Below are positions 38,391-46,613 of a stretch of DNA of 64,000 bases, piece by piece. This stretch comes from Patescibacteria group bacterium UBA661. GTDB lineage: Bacteria; Patescibacteriota; Minisyncoccia; Phycocordibacterales; UBA918. Both the position numbers and the translations under genes were made by a program. Every line of letters starts with the position of its first letter. Position 1 is the first letter of the stretch. Location of the stretch: positions 11,987 through 75,986 of the forward strand of contig DBNX01000018.1 in assembly GCA_002299465.1 (NCBI GenBank), written 5' to 3'. A model generated the notes under the pieces. It searched no databases. It was not told where the DNA came from and was given only the letters and a program-made list of their open reading frames with translations.

Positions 38391-38465
38391 CCACCGGACG
38401 GGTCAAATGAAATCACAAAACACCTTGGTGTGTGGATAGGTGATTTTATTTGACCCGTCCGGTGG
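38391..38465. repeat. 26-nt near-perfect inverted repeat (one mismatch) around a 23-nt spacer
   Basis: CCACCGGACGGGTCAAATGAAATCAC … GTGATTTTATTTGACCCGTCCGGTGG. Confidence 0.6.
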
Positions 38466-38698
38466 TCGGATGTGGTGTTTATCACAAAAGAAAGAGGAAC
38501 TTTAGAGTGGAGTTCACAAAGGAAAACAAAGGCGGATTGTTCGAGCTGTCACGCCAAATTCGAGAAGCCTTGTTGGCTGGAATCAACCCCTTCTCAGTTT
38601 TGCCGGTTTCGTCGCAAAACAGAGGGACTGATTTCACCGACACGCGACCGACAATGCACGTCGTCGAACACTACGACACCGAGTGTCGTTGGCGATAA
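38450..38698 (+). CDS. hypothetical small protein. A GTG start near 38508 after an AGAGGAA SD is possible.
   Basis: ORF followed by a terminator at 38728-38762. Confidence 0.3.
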   Translation: MTRPVVGCGVYHKRKRNFRVEFTKENKGGLFELSRQIREALLAGINPFSVLPVSSQNRGTDFTDTRPTMHVVEHYDTECRWR

Positions 38699-38839
38699 AA
38701 ACTAAACCGAAGCAAACGCCACGGTTAAAAAACAAGCACACTCCGCGGAGTGTGCTTTTTACTGGCTCAGAATAAGATAATAAGTTGGCTTACCTAGGGA
38801 ATGGCTAAGAGTAGTTTTTTATTGTAAAAAATATGGTAT

Positions 38840-39388
38840 TTAAGAGCGGTTAGAGCGTAGCAGGTTGATATAAATAATTATGAGAAAGGCAAAAGTGACG
38901 GCTGACAGAAAGGGAAAAGTGACAAAACCATACATCTCAAATACTTTCGCGGCACAGTCAGAACTGCCATCGGTGAGGCAAGGCAATACTCCGGCTGCCA
39001 ACATTTCTGAGGGCAATGATTGATAAATGTAGTGATAAACAGCTACCCCCAGCCCAAAAATTGATAAAGCCAGGCCATAGAGAGGGAACATAACCTGATC
39101 TTTTAAGCGGTAAGCAATGACTGAGAGCAGGGCTTGTGGATACAGAGCGATGCGTTGTAGCCAACAGAGGGAACACGGCACAAATCCAAAATATTCTGAA
39201 TAAACAAGTGATAGCACCAAACTACCGGTCGTGGTCGCGATCATTAGGTACCAAGCATAAGGACGTAAGTAACGCTGGAAAATTTTGCTGTCATTTAGAA
39301 AATAATCCACAAACAAAGCAATCGTCACACCCAGCAAGATTAACCCGCCAGTGGCCAATAAGAGATTTAAGGTGTGAAGTGGTGACAT
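38840..39388 (-). CDS. disulfide bond formation protein B (DsbB/BdbC family)
   Basis: 4-TM protein with PCSLCWLQRI (cf. BdbC PCxLCWYQRI) and a second Cys pair. Confidence 0.7.
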   Translation of the reverse strand: MSPLHTLNLLLATGGLILLGVTIALFVDYFLNDSKIFQRYLRPYAWYLMIATTTGSLVLSLVYSEYFGFVPCSLCWLQRIALYPQALLSVIAYRLKDQVMFPLYGLALSIFGLGVAVYHYIYQSLPSEMLAAGVLPCLTDGSSDCAAKVFEMYGFVTFPFLSAVTFAFLIIIYINLLRSNRS

Positions 39389-39486
39389 AGTTAACGGTCA
39401 TTGTAACACGTCAACGCACTCATAAAAATCTCAGCCGAAGGGCAGAGGGTAGGGGAGTTTTTTTCTGACAAACAATTAGTTTTGTC

Positions 39487-39690
39487 CCAAAACACAGCCG
39501 AGGTACTAATTACGCTCGGAGAGAGATTTTTTCTACCAGCAGTTGACTGGTAGAAAAGGCGAACCATATACTTCAGCTGTGTTTTGGATATCAGTTTTTA
39601 TAAACTCAATCGCGGCTTAAAATTAACCAAGTTAATTTTAAGCCGCGAATAAAGTGGGGAAGATTTTTTAATACAAATCTTCCCCAGCCG
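39487..39690. repeat. cluster of nested and stacked perfect hairpins (structured intergenic element)
   Basis: 12-bp long-range inverted repeat CCAAAACACAGC / GCTGTGTTTTGG (39487-39498 and 39576-39587) encloses hairpins at 39498-39519 and 39527-39557. Then a 15-bp-stem hairpin at 39613-39647 and an 11-bp-stem hairpin at 39656-39686. Confidence 0.45.
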
Positions 39691-39725
39691 CTTAGCGGCC
39701 GGCTATCTTGTCGGACAGCAGCCAC

Positions 39726-40478
39726 TCAGCGTGGCATGTGTCTAAGTCCTTGCCTAACGTATGGAACAACCTTACGCAGACAAACTCCTGCCACTCCTTC
39801 GAGTGGCAGGGCAAGACTAGCCTGCCCCACGGACCGGCGTCGATCACGACGTCGGTGCCTTTTTTTAGTAAGGACACCTCGCGCAGGTCTGCAAGACAGG
39901 CGATGGCGTCGGTGTAACCGGTATGTGACTTCATTTTCTTTCCTTTGGGGGTTGGTTAAAAGAACTTTATCTCTTTGAGGATTCCAATCAAAGCTCATCG
40001 CCCGAATCACTGCCTCCTGGACATTTTCGTCCAGCTTCAGTTTTTCGGAGATCGAGGTCGGTGTCGTGCGTCGGCGAACGCGTCCGTCTGAGAAAACTTG
40101 CCGGTCTTCTGTTAAGCGGAAACGCTTGCCGTCAATGTCCGCGAGGACATCCACGCCGAGCACCGCGACGCGACGAACAAGCCGTCCGCCCTCATCGCGC
40201 GCGAACTGCGCGCGGATGAGGGCAACCCCGAGGTCCCGCCGCCGATCCACGAGCTTCATCAGCGCGGGGAACGGGGCCTGGGCCTCGACCGCGACGACCT
40301 TCTGGCCGTCGGTCTCGGTCTTGGCGACGAGCGCCTTGACCGCGCCCCCCGGGTCGTCCCCGTAGGGTATGTCTACGGTGACAACGCGAACGTCGTCACC
40401 GTAGACCGCCTGCAGGAACTGCAGGCGGTCTACGTCTGTAGGGTCGCGGGTTATGAAGAACTGTCCTGGGAACCATTC
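39726..40478 (-). pseudogene. GC-rich foreign gene remnant. The frame is open from 40478, the first ATG is at 40259, and there is a probable frameshift near 39930.
   Basis: ~62% GC island. Reading frame …FFITRDPTDVDRLQFLQAVYGDDVRVVTVDIPYGDDPGG… has no start codon. Overlapping alternative-frame ORF 39692-39934. ORFs are open on both strands. Confidence 0.4.
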
Positions 40479-40794
40479 CTAGGACATTTTCGGTAAGAAG
40501 CGGTGGTTAATCGCTTCCGACCGATCGATGTCCTCTCGAGCTGTGCTCGAGGTTGATCGGGTGAAGTAGTCCAGCTGCCGTCACCAGTTGACGGTATCAG
40601 TCGGTGGAGTCTGGTTTGCGGCCTACTCCCAACTTCGTGCAAACGAATCAAGTTTTAATGCGAGTTGTTCCGAGACTCTCTCTTCCTGCCACACTTTCGG
40701 CTGTGGTCACCGCTTAGGTTTCCCTAAGGCGAGCGTCTCGGCTCGTATCTCTCTCCTGATTCCCTGTAAAAAACTTTCTTTCTGCACTCGCTCG

Positions 40795-40822
40795 GAAATG
40801 AACAAATGTATTTGTTCATTTC
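40795..40822. promoter_or_regulatory. perfect 13-bp palindrome (operator-like)
   Basis: GAAATGAACAAAT-GT-ATTTGTTCATTTC. Confidence 0.5.
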
Positions 40823-41008
40823 GCTCACTCGTTTGAAAGTAAGGTACTCTCTCCGAAAGTGATGAAGCTCTCTCTCCCACCTCTTTCTTAACTGCATACA
40901 TCATACCAGAGGTTAAATGTATTGTCAAGAAGTATATACAAAAAACGGCTAAATGTGGCTAAAATTACTATTTTTAAATAAAAAACTGCATAGTTATCAA
41001 CATATAAA

Positions 41009-41026
41009 TGTCACGGTAACGTGACA
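41009..41026. promoter_or_regulatory. 7-bp perfect palindrome 10 bp upstream of the TrmB-like gene
   Basis: TGTCACG-GTAA-CGTGACA. Confidence 0.45.
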
Positions 41027-41036
41027 ATAACGATAG

Positions 41037-41849
41037 ATGTGCTATTGTGTAAGGATGATTCAATTAGAATATACAAAAGAAATCACTGATACTGGCCTCT
41101 CTAAAGAGCAGGCGGTTGTGTATGAAGTCTTATTAAAGCTTGGGGAATCCCCAGCAAGCGCTATTGCGAAGGCAATTCCAAATGGCACTACACTGTCTCG
41201 ACCACTTGTATATAAAGTGCTTGAGGAATTGATTGGTCTTGGTCTAGCCAGTAAATCGGAAGAAGCTAATAAAATTGCCAAGTTCACTCCAAAGCACCCC
41301 GTGGCTATTACGAAGGTGATTGACGAGCAGAAAGAGCGTATCGAACGCACGAAAAAGCAGTTTTTGGCTACATCAGGCAAGCTCTCATCACTCTTTAATC
41401 TGAGTGTCGGAAAGCCGGGGGTTCAATTCTATGAAGGTGAAGACGGGGTGTGGGAGGTACTTATGGATAGTCTTTCTGCTACCGAGGAGATTCTCACCTA
41501 TGCTGATCTTGAGGCTATCACCAAATATATCCCGGCACTTAATGCCGAATACTCTGCGCTGCGCGAGGAACAGGATGTGAAGAAACGTGGACTGGTGATT
41601 GATTCACCAGAGGCACGAAAGTTCCTCAAGTCATACGACGGCAAGGTCACGAATACCAAGCTCATTACCGCTTCAGAAGGCTTTTCACCATTTCAGACTG
41701 TGGTTCAGATATACGACAACAAAGTATCGTATATCACGCTCACTGATGAATATCTGGTGGGAGTAATTATTACTGACCAGTACATTGCAAATACACACAA
41801 ATATCTCTTTGAGAGTCTGTGGAAGTTGAGTAGCGGAGAAGTGATCTAG
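41037..41849 (+). CDS. TrmB-family winged-helix transcriptional regulator
   Basis: N-terminal LSKEQAVVYEVLLKLGESPASAIAKAIPNGTTLSRPLVYKVLEELIGLGL matches the TrmB HTH. Confidence 0.7.
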   Translation: MCYCVRMIQLEYTKEITDTGLSKEQAVVYEVLLKLGESPASAIAKAIPNGTTLSRPLVYKVLEELIGLGLASKSEEANKIAKFTPKHPVAITKVIDEQKERIERTKKQFLATSGKLSSLFNLSVGKPGVQFYEGEDGVWEVLMDSLSATEEILTYADLEAITKYIPALNAEYSALREEQDVKKRGLVIDSPEARKFLKSYDGKVTNTKLITASEGFSPFQTVVQIYDNKVSYITLTDEYLVGVIITDQYIANTHKYLFESLWKLSSGEVI

Positions 41850-44263
41850 GCCGCTTTCTTCAAATCCTCTTGCGGTGGAGTGAACTCGTCTCGGAGGGTG
41901 TCACTGAGCTTTTCAAAGACGAGATATGTCTTGCCTTGGTGTGTGAAGTATCGAGTTAATCCCATAGCATTTTGTAGCTCGGGATAGGTTTCAGCGCTTG
42001 ATTGTTCGCGAACCACAATTGACCCAGATTCTTCAGTCTGATTCAACAGTTCCTCAATTGATTTCTGCTTGCTTTCGAGTTGTCTGGTTGAGTCTTTAGA
42101 GCGCCAGATTTCAAAGCTTGGTTTACCAGCGAGTGAATAGAATCCGGTAGCAACAAAACCATCTTCAATATATTTTTTAGTGATTGCCTGCGTGGGGTCA
42201 CAGTGAGCCATCATGGGGCGACCGTTCCCAAGCTGATCCTTGATGGTTTCTTCAAGCATTATTCCACCGACACCACTGTATGCCGGATCGGCGTTAAAAG
42301 AACCGAAGTACGACACTTCTTTCCCAGTATAGTCGCGAAGCGTATCAAAGCGGTTGAAACTGACAATCTTACCTTGGTCGCGCAATATGCGATATGTTGT
42401 GTTTGGGTTATCAAAACTTTTCACGAGTGAACCAGCTACCGTTGCCTTAAATTCATTATTTTCAGGTTCTGGGTACGCCGTATCATAATTCTTTCTGAGG
42501 AGTTCCTGCATACGAACCTTATCTTCTTCGGTTAGAGCCTCGGGTGAGACCGATTCAATTTTTTCTGTGCCGACTTCTTGGAGTAGGGCAACATACTCTT
42601 TCGCAGCCGCTACATAGTTTTCGATTTGTGAAGCAACCTCGCTTGGATTATGTGCTCGCACTGCTTTTTCAAGATCCTTTTGTGCTCTGTTTAAAATGTT
42701 TTCGCGGACCTGATTTGCCAGATCGGTACATAGATCTCCCTCGCAATTAGATACTTCGCGGACCAATTGCTCTGCACGATCAGCACTATTAAGGAGGTCA
42801 CTGTAATATCTAAAAACCGTACCCGCGACTTCCTCATGCTGACCGAAAGCAACGATGTTGTCGCCAAGTGTTTCGTCTCCTCGTTCAAGCGATAGAAAGG
42901 TGCGCATTCCGTTGACACCGTAGCGTGAAGTAAATTGTTTTATGGATTCAATAAATTCAGGAGTAACACTCTTCAGGTAGTTGAGAAAGAAGTACTGTTC
43001 CTTTAGGTTCAAGTCAAGTAGCTTAAAACCAAAGGCTTTTTCCAATGATGCACGCACACGGAGATCCATAAGTGATCGATATTCAGCAACACCATCATTA
43101 CTTACTGCCGAACCACCGATACCTCTACTTTCGAGAAGGTTCTTGATGGTTATTGGTCTATAGTTACCTTGAACATCTCTCTCAATTACATAGAATGCGT
43201 CGTTGGCAACATAATCAGCAAAACAATCTTTTGTTAGGCCGAGCATCAGGCTAGCTCTGTCGTGTATATGGAAAGATTCAACGGATCTATTTGCGTTTGA
43301 TTCTTTTATTAACGCATCAAGCTGATTTTCTGAAATGGTTATTTCTGAACCGTCAGTGTAATCATTATTTGAATTTCCCCACGCTTCCATCACTGCATCG
43401 TACTTGATTGTTTCAAAAACCGTGTGAAGGCGGGGCTCTAGTCTATTCTCAATATAGTCAATAAGCACATACCTGAAACCAACATCGCGATACTCATGAA
43501 TTCTTCGATCAATCTCATGTACAGGATCATCAAAAGCATCATAATCTTCTTTTTCCAATTCTTGTGATTGATATAGAAGATCAATCACCATCGGTATTCG
43601 TCGAGGATCGATGTTTTTTATATCAAAGTAGGTATCGATAGCATCAAATACACCTTCTATGTCAAGGTCTGATTCATGTCTAGCATATCCAAGGATGCTT
43701 ATAATATCACTGGAAATCTTCGATCTCCAACCAAGTGTCGAGAGGGGGTCTTCGTTGCGTATAATCTGATAGAATCTTTGCCACTCATTATCAAATTTAG
43801 AAATATATATATCACAATCAAGATCGTCCCACTCACCGTCTCCTGTATAGAGTTTTTTAATTAAACGGTTTATGTGCAAGTTCTCGAATCTCTCCCCGTT
43901 CAGGTCGAGTTGTGCGTATACGGCATGTTCTTGTTTTTCGTATTCTGCTACTATATTTTCATACTCCTGGTAGATTTGTGATATCTGCCCAATTGTTGTT
44001 TCTAAATACGTTGTGCCAATGTCAGGGAGTTTCTCTAAGATTCGTTCAATTACATGACCATTTATTTTTTTAAGATTTGACCCAAAGTAAAGTACTAAAA
44101 ACTCTCGCACATCACCTACGCACTGGGGGTGATTTCGAAAATAATCCCCAATCTCCGGCACTGCTGGAAGTTCGGATTCTATGCGCTGAATCGTTTCGAG
44201 TCGTTTATCTTTTAGTGCTATCGACTCGGCTTCTTTGTTGATAATGGCTGGTCTTTCAGACAT
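41846..44263 (-). CDS. large hypothetical protein (805 aa), acidic, no recognised domain
   Basis: Uninterrupted 2.4-kb ORF convergent with the TrmB gene. Confidence 0.6.
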   Translation of the reverse strand: MSERPAIINKEAESIALKDKRLETIQRIESELPAVPEIGDYFRNHPQCVGDVREFLVLYFGSNLKKINGHVIERILEKLPDIGTTYLETTIGQISQIYQEYENIVAEYEKQEHAVYAQLDLNGERFENLHINRLIKKLYTGDGEWDDLDCDIYISKFDNEWQRFYQIIRNEDPLSTLGWRSKISSDIISILGYARHESDLDIEGVFDAIDTYFDIKNIDPRRIPMVIDLLYQSQELEKEDYDAFDDPVHEIDRRIHEYRDVGFRYVLIDYIENRLEPRLHTVFETIKYDAVMEAWGNSNNDYTDGSEITISENQLDALIKESNANRSVESFHIHDRASLMLGLTKDCFADYVANDAFYVIERDVQGNYRPITIKNLLESRGIGGSAVSNDGVAEYRSLMDLRVRASLEKAFGFKLLDLNLKEQYFFLNYLKSVTPEFIESIKQFTSRYGVNGMRTFLSLERGDETLGDNIVAFGQHEEVAGTVFRYYSDLLNSADRAEQLVREVSNCEGDLCTDLANQVRENILNRAQKDLEKAVRAHNPSEVASQIENYVAAAKEYVALLQEVGTEKIESVSPEALTEEDKVRMQELLRKNYDTAYPEPENNEFKATVAGSLVKSFDNPNTTYRILRDQGKIVSFNRFDTLRDYTGKEVSYFGSFNADPAYSGVGGIMLEETIKDQLGNGRPMMAHCDPTQAITKKYIEDGFVATGFYSLAGKPSFEIWRSKDSTRQLESKQKSIEELLNQTEESGSIVVREQSSAETYPELQNAMGLTRYFTHQGKTYLVFEKLSDTLRDEFTPPQEDLKKAA

Positions 44264-44388
44264 TGCCTTATTTTAGCAGATTCGGAGAAACACCCCTAGT
44301 TGAGAGGCAGATAAAGGCGTCTGAGTTGCGGTTTATGTACAACAAAGCCAGCCTCATTTTGGATAGGGTAATGAGATATGTGAGTCAA

Positions 44389-45243
44389 CTAAAAAATTTC
44401 TTTTTTGACATCAGACTCTTCATACATCACTTCAGCGGTATTTGTCCACAAAGTTTCTTCTCTAATTTTGTTTTTGGTATTTTTTTCGTAAAAGACACGA
44501 TTTAAGACATTACAGCGATATAATTTGTTTGTTTGTTTTGATTTAATAAAAAAACTCTCTTTTTCCTCCAGTTTTATGAAATAATCAAGTGATACCGGGC
44601 TATCTAAGCTGCCGCGGAGTTGCGTGTCGGTAGTGCGTAAATTGAGCTTGATTGGAAAAGGGTAGGGGTTTTTGATTTTCAGATCAATCAGATTAAAGAA
44701 AATGGTTGCTCCGGATGCGAAGGGTACGGTCCTATTGTTGTCAGGGAATACATCTTTGGAGTGATGTTTTCTTTCTATAAAAACACACTCACTACAGGCA
44801 AACATATAAGCAATAAGATTTGATAGCTGACACAATCCTCCCCCCACATCTTCCCTTAAGCGACCGTTTGATAGGACTAAACCATTTTTAAAACCTCTTT
44901 TGGGCGATGGTCTGCCGACTTATTTCCAAAATGAAAAAACTTTTCCAGGAGGAATGATGGTTTCTTTTAAACTGCTGATGGCAATTTTTATGTTTTCGAT
45001 TTTACCTTCATCCAATTCTCGCTTGTTGTATTTTCTGTACAAAGGGGAAGAGTGTTCAGTTAAATGAAACCAGGAAGATATTTTTGGGTTTGCGGTTTTG
45101 AATTTTGGATGAAAATTATAAAACAGCAAGCGTGTAGCTCGTCGCGTCTCCAGCACAAATGGTAACAGCGCTGGATGTTTACTAGTTAAAGCAATCCTGT
45201 TGTCGTTTTCGATTTTTTTAATTTCGTCTAAGAAAAAATCCAT
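44389..45243 (-). pseudogene. VanW-domain protein gene interrupted by a single in-frame TAA (44920-44922)
   Basis: The N-part (…GKVFSFWK*) and C-part (VGRPSPKRGFKNGLVLSNGRLREDVGGGLCQLSNL…ERKHHS) are in the same frame, separated by one stop. Together they match the VanW consensus FSFNE…GGGxCQ. Confidence 0.65.
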
Positions 45244-45392
45244 AATCAGAAATTAAGAATCAACTTAGCTGTCTTGGCGGGCTATATGGGTTAAGTGCCC
45301 CACAGGTAAGGCCTTATAAGGGTATTCTAGCACCTTTTGACTAGGTCAATTTAAGTAAGTGGGTCGAGACATTCCAATCCTATAAAAAGAAA

Positions 45393-45420
45393 AGCGAGAG
45401 GGTTGTTACCCTCTCGCCCA
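45393..45420 (-). terminator. tmk terminator
   Basis: GCGAGAGGGT-TGTT-ACCCTCTCGC followed on the minus strand by UUUUCUUUUU. Confidence 0.5.
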
Positions 45421-45990
45421 TTAGCCACGACGCAGTCCGGCATGCAGTTTGATGGCACGTACCACGTGATTTGCAACCTGCTTTGCGGTTCGATTGTCAG
45501 TGGAGACACTTTTGTTGATGAAGAGCTCTTGATTGAACAGCTCGTCATATTCCTGCCGCAACTGCAGATTTCTTGGCACCATCTGCGTGTCATTGATAGA
45601 CATGCCACGCTCGATGAGACGTTGCAGCTGGTGCTCAGGACTGGCGGTAAGCAAAACGGTCAGGTCCGGCTGCAGCAAGCTTGAGAAGTCACTCTCTGCG
45701 ACTTGGACACCGATAACCTTGTGATAGACATAGGTCGTCATCCAGTACCGATCGCATACAACCGACTTACCCTCCGAAATCAGTTGCCTGATTTCGTCAG
45801 CCGCAACGACAACCCCATCGCGGAAGAAGTTGAACTTCTGCTGTGGAGATCCATTCAGGTCGACTTCTCTCCGTCGCTCCATATACTCTTTCGGAGGAGT
45901 AGCATAAGGAACGAAGCCGAGCATTTCTGCAACAAGACGGGTTACGGTTGACTTGCCAACCCCGTCTATACCTTCAAGAACAACGAACAT
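45421..45990 (-). CDS. tmk: thymidylate kinase. The true start at 45990 follows AAGGAGG; the tracked ORF extends to 46182.
   Basis: MFVVLEGIDGVGKST P-loop and LID region. Confidence 0.8.
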   Translation of the reverse strand: MFVVLEGIDGVGKSTVTRLVAEMLGFVPYATPPKEYMERRREVDLNGSPQQKFNFFRDGVVVAADEIRQLISEGKSVVCDRYWMTTYVYHKVIGVQVAESDFSSLLQPDLTVLLTASPEHQLQRLIERGMSINDTQMVPRNLQLRQEYDELFNQELFINKSVSTDNRTAKQVANHVVRAIKLHAGLRRG

Positions 45991-45991
45991 T

Positions 45992-46477
45992 TCAGCCTCC
46001 TTTTTTGATTGCAGTAAGCAACAATGATGTTCGCTTACCTTTGATTTGAACATCTGCTTCAGTGCCAACTTCTGTTCCCATGAAGGGAGAGATAATTGGT
46101 GCCCCGTACTCCAGCGTCGGTGGATCGCTCCGAAGATCGGTTTCACCATAGCCAGCAACCAGGAACTCACGCACTGAACCATCCTCGTCTTCGAGCGAAA
46201 TCACATGCCCAATCTGGACATATTTTTCATCGGTAGGCGGAGAAACAAGAACCTGTTGGTCTTGCAAAGCACGAATATCGGAAATCTGACGATTGAACAT
46301 CATTTCTTGACGATTGAGTTCCTCAAACGCAAAGTTATCGTGCCAATTATCACCACCGACGTCGTATGCTTCTCCTTTCTGACTCTGTGTTTGTCGAAGT
46401 TTTTCGATCGCTTCATTCAGTTTCTGAGTGAGCAGATCCATTCCTTTACGGGTCACATAAATTGAGGGCACAGTCAT
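45992..46477 (-). CDS. GreA/GreB-family transcription elongation factor-like protein
   Basis: N-terminal coiled-coil plus C-terminal FKBP-like domain. Alternative start at 46531. Confidence 0.5.
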   Translation of the reverse strand: MTVPSIYVTRKGMDLLTQKLNEAIEKLRQTQSQKGEAYDVGGDNWHDNFAFEELNRQEMMFNRQISDIRALQDQQVLVSPPTDEKYVQIGHVISLEDEDGSVREFLVAGYGETDLRSDPPTLEYGAPIISPFMGTEVGTEADVQIKGKRTSLLLTAIKKGG

Positions 46478-46613
46478 CTCCAAAGTTGGTTTGTCTGACA
46501 ACAAATTACCTGAATCTAGACAAAATGTCAAAGTTATTGACTTATATTGAATTCAGATTTACACTTCCCTCGGAGTGCTATCTGCACAAAAGCAAACAAC
46601 TTAGGAGGCTCAA

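Noticed and set aside
44263-44505. 80-aa plus-strand ORF
   Set aside because: Overlaps the VanW C-terminal region on the opposite strand. No signals.
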